This document shows, one piece after another, positions 27,900-36,382 of a stretch of DNA of 47,862 nt. Positions within the stretch are counted from its first letter, which is position 1; each line of letters opens with the position of its first letter. The notes under the pieces were generated by a model that was not told where the DNA came from, ran no database searches, and saw only the letters and a program-made list of their open reading frames with translations. Origin of the DNA: Candidatus Woesebacteria bacterium (GTDB lineage Bacteria > Patescibacteriota > Microgenomatia > UBA1400 > UBA12028); the NCBI GenBank assembly GCA_040006915.1, contig JBDTWD010000002.1, positions 108,613 to 156,474 of the forward strand, read 5' to 3'. The translations under genes were made by a program, and so were the position numbers.

Positions 27900-30800
27900 C
27901 CTTTTCTATAGTTTAACAGAAAATCAGTCGTTTGTAGACAACATCAAACTAATGATTAATAGATATTACTTTATAAAAGAATATCATCTAGCTCTTTTTA
28001 TTGCAGATTTGTTCACATCCATACAGCTGAACGTATATATTCACTTCCCCATGCCACTTTCTCTTAACAGAGTCTTAGAAATCATGAGCTTGTATAAAGC
28101 CTAAAAACGTTTTTGAGAATACCGACTGACGTGAAACCACAATGTAGTACTACTGAGCCGTTTCGCACTCCCCCTACATCCAAACCTACCAACTTCATAT
28201 GTACATATAACACCTCGTCTACACAAAATGACATTTGCGGCAATTTACTGCCTAAATAACACGAAGAAGAATGGTTAATTGAAACAATTTTGTGTTCGAT
28301 GAAAGATATTCATATTCTTTTTATTACTATAAAAAAATGATTATGACTAAAATATTAACTGATTAATACGTCTATTTTGAAGAGTAGTTTTTATATCCTA
28401 TTTTTGCATTTTAGAAACATCTCTAAAAGATTATAATTTTGCTCATGACTATGGGTTGTATATCGCCGCTAACGTGCGGAAATCATATTTGCCTTTTGCC
28501 AATACAACCAACCACAACAAAAAAAAGATCATACGAATGGCAAAACAGAAGAGCTCCAGCAATACGGTTTCCCTTTTCTCATATAGATGCTGCCACACAT
28601 TCAGATCGCTTCCAAAAAGAAGGATATCGCGATGATGTATATCGTCATTCCCTTTTTCAACTAATCACAACTGCCATTTGAAACCTAACAGCACAGTTTC
28701 TTGTTTTCAAAAAAATAGATACAAGTATTACCTGCAAAATGAAGTCAACTTTTTTTAAAGACAACATGCTAGGTATTGATGTGAGGATTTCAAAAAAACG
28801 AACGAAAATAGCGATCCTGTGGGGTCGATTTTTCCCCAAGAACAAGAATTTTTTTCTTCTTCATCCTCTTACTCTTGTCTTCCTGAAACGAGGCAAGTGC
28901 CTAAGCATTTTCTGAGAAAATCCCCGAGAGTATATGCTATTGAGACGGAAAAACACTTCGGTGGTATGAGTAGTCGCTCCTGAGGTTAAAACACAACTAT
29001 CGATTGATCAATCAACCTAAATAGACTGCTTCCATCATTACCTCTTTTAACTCAAGACTGCTAGAGAAAAACACTTTTACAGAGGAAGAAAAAATCTGGA
29101 AAATGAAAACCCGAAAATAAAGAGTGCAGGCCTATAGAATACATAGTCTACATAGACAAAGCCCTTTCTTCATCATTCTTTTATATGTTCCCAAACAAAC
29201 ATCGACCCAGTCTTTCTTTTTTATGTACGTAAAAAAGAAAGAAGAGTCCATTCCCGCTTACCATTCGTTGTATACCAAAAAAAGTGAGAAAATAATAAGA
29301 AAATAACACAAACATGTTTTTATGCGTTTAATATTCGCAGTCGAATTAAATCAAAAATGCGGTCGTGAGATGCTTTATCCATTTGTATAGCAAAAAGACA
29401 AAAGTGGGTAAATATATATGCCTATCTAATTCATTGTTTTCAGCAATGCGTTTGAAAAAAAACCTAAAATAGCAGGAAAGGTCAAAAACAAAAATCCTTC
29501 CCTTCTTCTTTTCTATCATTTGTTCGAAAGCATTCACGCCAAATTAATTTCAGTTTAAATTGTGTCTCTCACGTCTAGCTCTCATTTTTTATTGGGAAGA
29601 AACTGAGTGAAAAAGAACCATATTCAGAGTCAAAAAACCTCTTTTTCCCTCGAGTAGAACTCATGAGAACACAACCCGTATATAAACCCGTTATACATTG
29701 ATGATTGGGACATAAAGACCTGTTGTTTTACTTAGCACTAGATACTTTCTTTTGCTACTCGAGATAAACGGTGTGCAAATGGCACTAAATAATGAATGAT
29801 ATCTCCAATAATGCGTGGTAGTCTAATCTCTAGAAGTGGCAGGAAAATAATAAAATAGATTGATCAATCGACCAAATAATTAAAAACAATTGAGTTCAGA
29901 ACCGCTAGAAGCTGTAAAAGAATATCAATCACACTATGATCAAAGGAATGTACGCGACTATAAGCATGGACAATCAAAAAAATTGCAGCAGCATAAATAA
30001 TTGTTATACGGTTTATGACAACCGCTGAAAAGAAAAAAATGGGCGTGGTGAAAAAAAACTCACATTGATGTGAAAAAAAATCTTACGTATACTCGAGTAG
30101 TTACTCCTCACCTTTCGATATCGGAGCTATCATCTGCCCCTAAGACATAAGACAATAGAAACTGTTGATTAAAAATCAACTAGTCTAAAAAGACTGATAA
30201 ATCAATGTTAATGAGGGGTTTTCGTGCGAGAATATTAGAAACTCCATATCGTAGTCTAAACATGATTCTGTATCTTTCGAGGCGCTGCATTACGAAGACT
30301 TCAACACATATGCCCGTAGTTCCATAAATACCGCACGTGTAATTGTTGTTATTAACGCTGAATTAAGCTACCATTTTCTAGAGAATATTTTACGCATTAC
30401 CGCATGCGTTAATTCAACACATTGTGCACTATTTGTTCTACTAAAGACTACACCATTGATGAGACTGACAATGAATAAAGAGTGCAGTATCTCAGACCAA
30501 GACTCTGCTTCTTGCCAAAAGGATTCCACACAGAATGGAGAACTTCTATGTAGCCAGGAATCGGCTTAGACTGATTTCGCTGGTTGTTCGGAGCTTGTCC
30601 AGAAATATGAACGAATTTCGAATATGAACAGAAACCGAATCTTGCTTTACATTAATTTGAACAAAAGACTGAAATTTCAAGGTGATTTTATCTATATTTT
30701 TATATTGCATTGACTCAATTACATTGCTAATCGTTTGCTACTCCACTTCTCGCCTGGGGTGAAAGTTTCGTGAAAAAAGATCGCAAAATTTTCGCCCCTC

Positions 30801-31100
30801 ATGAAGCTACTTACTCGACCTTTATAGCTGTTGATTCATAATCTGCACATTGCCTCTGCATTTTCTGATCACCGCACGCTATTTGCCGCATTTTCGATTC
30901 TTTCGTATTTCGCGTTTAATATATTGAGGAAAACAAAATTGGCATGCTGATGAAAAAAGAAAGTTTATAAGGGGTTTTTTGAACGAACAACCAATACTGA
31001 AATTATTATTCCAAAAGATTGGGATGAAAGGAGCAAACGGACTGATAGTTCTCGTCGTTCCTCTGCTCCTTGGACAAAAGAGTCATACTTATCCATTTTT
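27900..31100. other. ~3.2-kb AT-rich non-coding region
   Basis: No credible ORF over ~80 aa in any frame; many A-tracts and scattered palindromes. Confidence 0.75.
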
Positions 31101-31113
31101 CTAATGGTGGTCT

Positions 31114-32052
31114 CTACTCGTTTGATGCGTAATCACGAAGGCTTGTCTGTAGTGATAACTCTCGAAGCTTTCCAAGAGCACGTGCTGCCACTTGACCAAC
31201 TGCTGTTCCACTCACTCCATACTTAAGTCCAATTTCTTCAAATGTATATTCAATGCCATCAAGCAAACCATATCGCAATTTGAGAATTTCAGCTTGTTTG
31301 GGAGTAAGAATATTCATTGCTTCCGTAAGAAGCTCTCTCAGTTCAATCGCTTCATACGTTTCGTCAGGACGAGTGTTTTCTGAGGATTCCAAGAAATCAC
31401 CAAAGACTGATCCATTCAAATCTTCATACACAAGACTTTCTAAACTCAATGTCCCTGGTATTACTTCTAGAAGAGTCTCAATTCTTTCCACGGTAACATT
31501 CATGGCATTCGCGATTTCTTCAGGATATGGCTCTCGTTCGAGATTTTGTTCCAATTTCTCTATTACGTGCATCATTTTACTAATTTTCTCCTCCACTTTT
31601 ACTGGATTTCGAATTGTTTTCTTTTTATTTGCGATCGATCGCAAAATGGCATCTCGTATCACTCTGAAAGCATATGTACTAAATCTATACCCTCTCTTCC
31701 CATCGAACTTGTTGACTGCTTTCATCAAACCAAGGTTTCCTTCTTGAACAAGATCCAAAAAAGGCATGCCACTATCGATAAATTTTGCCGCAATACTTAC
31801 GACCAATAACGTATTGGCACGAGTGAAGTGATCCCACGCTTCCTTCGAATCTGATCCTTTCGCAAGAACCCGAGCTGAGAGATCGGCTTCTTGCGACCTG
31901 GTAAGAAGTGGAGCCTTGCTTGCTTCGTTTAAGTAAAGACTAATGATGTCGATAGGAGGTACAGTCTCCACATACCCTTTTGTCTTCTCTTCAGATTCTT
32001 CCTCATCAAGATAGGGAGAGACGCTGCGACCAGTGTGATGTTCGAGAGACAT
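31114..32052 (-). CDS. Sigma70 (RpoD/RpoS-like) paralogue with degenerate promoter-recognition motifs
   Basis: Region 1.2 ISLYLNE..APLLT, 2.1 ANTLLVVSIA, 2.2 DLVQEGNLGLMKAV.KFD..RGYRFSTYA, 3 EREP.PEEIA, 4 LRYGL.DG..YTFEEIG. Confidence 0.9.
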   Translation of the reverse strand: MSLEHHTGRSVSPYLDEEESEEKTKGYVETVPPIDIISLYLNEASKAPLLTRSQEADLSARVLAKGSDSKEAWDHFTRANTLLVVSIAAKFIDSGMPFLDLVQEGNLGLMKAVNKFDGKRGYRFSTYAFRVIRDAILRSIANKKKTIRNPVKVEEKISKMMHVIEKLEQNLEREPYPEEIANAMNVTVERIETLLEVIPGTLSLESLVYEDLNGSVFGDFLESSENTRPDETYEAIELRELLTEAMNILTPKQAEILKLRYGLLDGIEYTFEEIGLKYGVSGTAVGQVAARALGKLRELSLQTSLRDYASNE

Positions 32053-32063
32053 AGGAAAGCATT

Positions 32064-34385
32064 TTACACCACGATGTTGACGAGTTTCCCTGGTATGACG
32101 ATTACTTTCTTTGCCGCTATGTCAAAGAGAGCTAACGCTTGCTTTTCAATTTCCGCTTTGGAGGCATCTTTTGCAATCATAAATCGAGTGCGCAGTTTTC
32201 CATTCACTTGCACCACAATCTCTACCTCATCTTCGATCAATATGTGTTTATTTGTGACTGGCCAACTGGACAAATGAATACTATTCTTTTCTCCCAGCTC
32301 GTGCCATAAATCTTCAGCTAGGAACGGAGCAAATGGGGCCAGTATTTGTACAAATAGTTTTACATCTTCATGGCTCATGCTGTTTTCAGTCTCCCAGAGA
32401 TTGACGCACTCCATCATACTAGCTATCGAGGTATTAAACTTTAATTTGGGAATATCTTCTGACAATTTTTGAATGGTCAAATGCAGTTTCTTTCGAACCG
32501 TTTTTGGAGTGGACTTATCTTGAGTACTTGAGAGTACCAGATCATGAACCCGACGCAGGAAGCGATAGATACCAACCAAGCTATTGGTATCCCAAGCTTT
32601 ATCCCCTTCTAGAGGTCCCATGAACATCTCATAGACTCTCAATGCATCTGCGCCAAATTTCTCGACAATTTCGTCTGGATTAATGACGTTCCCTTTACTT
32701 TTGCTCATTTTTTTTCCATCTGGACCCAAAATCATTCCTTGATGGCGCATTTTCATAAATGGTTCATCAAAGCTCAAATACCCCTGGTCACGCAAAAATT
32801 TGGTAAAGAAGCGAGCATATAAGAGGTGCAAGACTATATGCTCTGGTCCAATCAAGTAGAGATCGACTGGGAGCAACTTTTCAGTTAGTTTTTTGTCAAA
32901 GATTTGGTCTTTTTCGTTGCGTGATGCATAGCGCAAAAAGTACCAACTTGAGTCAACAAACGTATCCATAGTATCAACTTCGCGTTTTGCTTTGCCTCCA
33001 CACTCTGGACAGGTAGTATATTTCCAAGAATCAGGAGCTTTCTCAATTGGAGATTTGCCATCATCTGTTGGGGTAAAGTCTTCTAACTCTGGGAGCATCA
33101 CAGGTAATTGCTCTTCTGGAACAGCTTGCCAACCGCACTTCTCACAAAATACCATTGGGATCGGAGCTCCCCAATATCGCTGTCTGGAAATCAGCCAATC
33201 TCGGAGTTTGTAGGTCGTGGCTTTGGAAAACACCTCTGAATGAGTCTTCAGTAAATTGTCAACTTCTTTCTGAGACAGAGTCTCAATTTCTTTTATGGGT
33301 AATTCGAACTTCTTGGCAAACGATCCGTCACGATCATCTAAAGATGGCACTCCCATTACCACTCCAGTTCCATATCCACCCAAGACATAGTCAGCAATCC
33401 ATAATGGAATTTCTTCTTTGGTTAATGGATTGACGAGTTTGATGTGGGTATCAACTCCAGTTTTGTTTTTCTCTCCCACTCGGCGTTGTTCTTCTGTCTT
33501 ATGAAACGATGCATCCAAATACGTATTCACACTGTCCTTATGTTTTTCTTCGACCTGATCAATCAATCCATATTCTTTAAATTTTTCGGGAGAAATCACC
33601 ACAAATGTCACACCATAAATCGTGTCCAAACGTGTGGTAAAACATTCTAGGTTCACTGAAGTATCTCCATTCTGGAACTTCACCAATGCTCCCTCACTTT
33701 TTCCGATCCAATTCTCCTGTTGAGTTTTGGTTGCTTTTGGCCAATCAACTTGATTCAAACCTGACAACAACTCATCTTGATATGAGGTAATCCGGATTTT
33801 CCACTGTTCTAATTCTTTTTGAATCACTTTCGATCCACACCTCTCACACTCTCCATTGACTACCTGCTCGTTGGCTAACACTGTTTTGTCTTGTGGACAC
33901 CAGTTCACCCAGCCTTTGTCGCGATATGCGAGTCCAGCTTTAAAGAGCTGTACAAAAATCCACTGGGTCCATTTGTAATATTCTGGGTGACAAGTTGCTG
34001 TTTCAGTATCCCAATCATAGGAGATTCCTAAACGCTTGATTTGCCTACGAAAAGTTGTGATGGCATTCTTTGTCGTGACTGACGGATGAATGCCGGTTTT
34101 GATAGCGTAGTTTTCTGCAGGAAGCCCAAAGGCATCCCACCCCACCGGAAAGAATGCATCTTTGCCGTTCATACGCAGAAACCGAACCAAAATATCTAAA
34201 GCAGTTTTGCTTTCCACGTGTCCTACATGAAGACCACTCCCCGATGGGTAGGCAAAGGCAAACAACGCATAGAACTTTTCTTTTTCACTTTTGGAAAGAG
34301 TTTTGGCTGTCCCTTGGAAAAGTCTGTCGGCTTCCCACTTGGCTAACCACTTCTCTTCGATAGTTTTGGGATCGTATGGGTTCAT
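32064..34385 (-). CDS. leuS: Leucine--tRNA ligase
   Basis: YPSGSGLHVGH, GWDAFGLPAEN, DWLISRQRYWGAPIP, DTMDTFVDSSWY, KMSKS; TAGAAT 7 nt before ATG 34385. Confidence 0.98.
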   Translation of the reverse strand: MNPYDPKTIEEKWLAKWEADRLFQGTAKTLSKSEKEKFYALFAFAYPSGSGLHVGHVESKTALDILVRFLRMNGKDAFFPVGWDAFGLPAENYAIKTGIHPSVTTKNAITTFRRQIKRLGISYDWDTETATCHPEYYKWTQWIFVQLFKAGLAYRDKGWVNWCPQDKTVLANEQVVNGECERCGSKVIQKELEQWKIRITSYQDELLSGLNQVDWPKATKTQQENWIGKSEGALVKFQNGDTSVNLECFTTRLDTIYGVTFVVISPEKFKEYGLIDQVEEKHKDSVNTYLDASFHKTEEQRRVGEKNKTGVDTHIKLVNPLTKEEIPLWIADYVLGGYGTGVVMGVPSLDDRDGSFAKKFELPIKEIETLSQKEVDNLLKTHSEVFSKATTYKLRDWLISRQRYWGAPIPMVFCEKCGWQAVPEEQLPVMLPELEDFTPTDDGKSPIEKAPDSWKYTTCPECGGKAKREVDTMDTFVDSSWYFLRYASRNEKDQIFDKKLTEKLLPVDLYLIGPEHIVLHLLYARFFTKFLRDQGYLSFDEPFMKMRHQGMILGPDGKKMSKSKGNVINPDEIVEKFGADALRVYEMFMGPLEGDKAWDTNSLVGIYRFLRRVHDLVLSSTQDKSTPKTVRKKLHLTIQKLSEDIPKLKFNTSIASMMECVNLWETENSMSHEDVKLFVQILAPFAPFLAEDLWHELGEKNSIHLSSWPVTNKHILIEDEVEIVVQVNGKLRTRFMIAKDASKAEIEKQALALFDIAAKKVIVIPGKLVNIVV

Positions 34386-34419
34386 GACCACTATTCTACA
34401 TCATGACAAAGAAAAGTAA

Positions 34420-34794
34420 TTATCGGCGTTTGGGCACTGTACCGGAGTATGGCTGCATCAACCATTGCGCAAAGATGTGTACTTCTGCACAAAATTGTTT
34501 GCACGACGTTTCTCCCAAGGCTTTTTTGAGCTTAAAATCACTTTCATACTCGCGAAATACCACCGCATCTAACGCTTGACCGATGAGACCATTACACAGA
34601 TGAGGAGTCATATTCTCAAGGATCTCACCATACATGAGTCTGAATTTTTTTCTCTCCCATACAGGAATACCGTTGTCTATGGATCCACTCAAAGTGATTC
34701 GAATAATATCGTCATAAAATTCCTGTAAAGACCCTCCTTTGCTTTCAAAAAGAATTTCAACATGGACTGGTGCGTAGAGTTCAATTATTTTCAT
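34420..34794 (-). CDS. Hypothetical protein
   Basis: ORF-track ORF, shortened to ATG 34794 because the upstream part is a terminator hairpin. Confidence 0.5.
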   Translation of the reverse strand: MKIIELYAPVHVEILFESKGGSLQEFYDDIIRITLSGSIDNGIPVWERKKFRLMYGEILENMTPHLCNGLIGQALDAVVFREYESDFKLKKALGETSCKQFCAEVHIFAQWLMQPYSGTVPKRR

Positions 34795-34825
34795 AACGTG
34801 TTGTGTCTTGTGAGAAGGAAGAGAA

Positions 34826-34954
34826 ATAAAAAACCGACCCATCAAGAACACTGTTGTTCTCTCTGGCCGGTTATAAATACGATGTCCGCTTTCCCAAGCA
34901 ATACCATGATCTCGAGGAAGCTTTTTTGGACATCGTCAAGGCGATGTTGAGATA
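34826..34954 (-). ncRNA. Candidate structured sRNA or attenuating leader
   Basis: Bounded by TTGACA-N16-TATAAT (34988..34961) and a hairpin plus U-run (AACCGGCC...GGTCGGTTTTTT); internal ACGATGTCC/GGACATCGT stem. Confidence 0.45.
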
Positions 34955-35013
34955 GTAATTATTATAGCAAGGGAACGGGTGCTGTCAACAGTTTTATAGG
35001 CCTAGATAGAACA

Positions 35014-35049
35014 AGCGTCTCGGATCTTTTTAGAAAGACACGAGACGCT
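35014..35049 (-). terminator. Terminator-like hairpin after the 36-aa ORF
   Basis: AGCGTCTCG...CGAGACGCT followed by TGTTCT on the minus strand. Confidence 0.6.
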
Positions 35050-35063
35050 CTAGTGTTATCCCA

Positions 35064-35174
35064 TTAGTATTTTAACCATGGGATAACATTTAGATTGCTG
35101 ATCGCTTCTGCCATCGCATATGTGCAGACCAGAATCAGCACTCCCATCGACACAAACTGCCACCTCTTCATCAT
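35064..35174 (-). CDS. 36-aa single-TM peptide (not in ORF track)
   Basis: MMKRWQFVSMGVLILVCTYAMAEAISNLNVIPWLKY; GGAGG RBS, TATAAT at 35243..35238, downstream hairpin. Confidence 0.6.
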   Translation of the reverse strand: MMKRWQFVSMGVLILVCTYAMAEAISNLNVIPWLKY

Positions 35175-35246
35175 TTCCCTCCAACTTTTTGTTTACAGGG
35201 ATGGATCCACAACCACGCAATGTGGGTGAATACTACGATTATATAC

Positions 35247-35274
35247 AGAGTACCAGAATTTATTCTGGTACTCT
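35247..35274. repeat. Perfect 13-bp inverted repeat (operator or terminator)
   Basis: AGAGTACCAGAAT-TT-ATTCTGGTACTCT. Confidence 0.8.
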
Positions 35275-35344
35275 CCTCAGGCTACAAATTATTTTGTAGA
35301 CTCAGGTTTTGGGATACATCTTTTAGATATACCCCCAAACAAAG

Positions 35345-35668
35345 TCAAATGAAAAAAGGAGTCAGGCGCATAACAACGCCCGCGGGAAAAAGGATTACGA
35401 AAGTAAGCAAGAACGTCAGTATCCGGCGACGATTAAACAGTCGAGGTTTTCCTATAAACCAATCTGAAATTCGCCGCTTCAAGATAAAGAAAACCCCAAC
35501 AATTACTGCCAGAGGTGGATAGAGAACAAATGCTAAGATCAGTATTGCTACTCCTCCCAGATCTGCCCAAATACCACCTTGCCAAACTGCCGCTAATGCG
35601 ACGAAAAAGATTATTGCCATTGATAGCGCATCAATCCCCGACGGAACGTTTACCACCAAGAAATTCAT
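35345..35668 (-). CDS. Small multi-TM membrane protein
   Basis: 107 aa, 3-4 hydrophobic segments, basic loop; GGAGG 8 nt before ATG. Confidence 0.65.
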   Translation of the reverse strand: MNFLVVNVPSGIDALSMAIIFFVALAAVWQGGIWADLGGVAILILAFVLYPPLAVIVGVFFILKRRISDWFIGKPRLFNRRRILTFLLTFVILFPAGVVMRLTPFFI

Positions 35669-35914
35669 TTCTCATTCCTCCGCTGCATATAAGGCAGCAT
35701 TCATACCCGAGACATTCTCGAGCAGTTTTAACTTTGTTTGTGAAAGGATCTCTCCGCTTCCCCTCAGATGCGCCAGAGGCACATAAGATTCAAAAACGAA
35801 GAGTTACAGATTATCCAAGTTGCCTTGGGTAATCTCTTGAATCAACTTTTTTCAAAATTGGCTCAAGTATGGTGCGGAATCTCGAGTAGAGAGTCCGCAC
35901 ACAAATAAATGTAG

Positions 35915-36070
35915 CTACGATACTGGCATCGGGACGAGGGTTATCTGAAATTCAGATATGTTTGTGGGTGCTACTTGCGCCGTAGCGCAGGCTCCCACAA
36001 ATAGCCCAAGCAATGCCAGACAGATCAAGATTCCGACGAACACCTTGTCCACTTTCCGCTTCTGCTTCAT
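35915..36070 (-). CDS. 51-aa membrane/lipoprotein-like peptide (not in ORF track)
   Basis: MKQKRKVDKVFVGILICLALLGLFVGACATAQ...; basic N-region, hydrophobic core, VGAC lipobox-like motif; GGAG RBS; hairpin at 35872..35900 downstream. Confidence 0.6.
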   Translation of the reverse strand: MKQKRKVDKVFVGILICLALLGLFVGACATAQVAPTNISEFQITLVPMPVS

Positions 36071-36382
36071 CTTGGATTCTCCGTATGAAATAAACTTCAG
36101 TTGCCAGGAAAAGAAAAACTCTAGTCCTTTCCCGGCAACTGATGTACTGAAAAATCACGTCGTAGCTATTTACTTGTAAAGGACTGTAATGATCCAATAT
36201 TTCTCGAGTGTTTCGAGAATATCAAATCACCACATATTTCAAGGTTATTGAAATTACTTTCGGCAATCTCCTTAGATAAAACATCTAATTTCAAGCTCAA
36301 AAAGAGCACTGAGAGACGAGCCTATATTATATAGAGGAAAGACCCTAAAGTCAAAAAGGAACAGAAATGCTACACTTTTGGT

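Noticed and set aside
27892-29537. Short ORFs of 60-80 aa listed in the desert
   Set aside because: Non-ATG or unsupported starts, composition driven by A/T tracts, no motifs.
27900-31100. CRISPR array, tmRNA, RNase P RNA, rRNA or dif site in the desert
   Set aside because: No regularly spaced repeats and none of the conserved signature sequences found by eye.
35952-36197. 81-aa and 73-aa ORF-track calls
   Set aside because: A different minus frame (35915..36070) has an RBS, signal-like sequence and downstream hairpin, and explains the region better.
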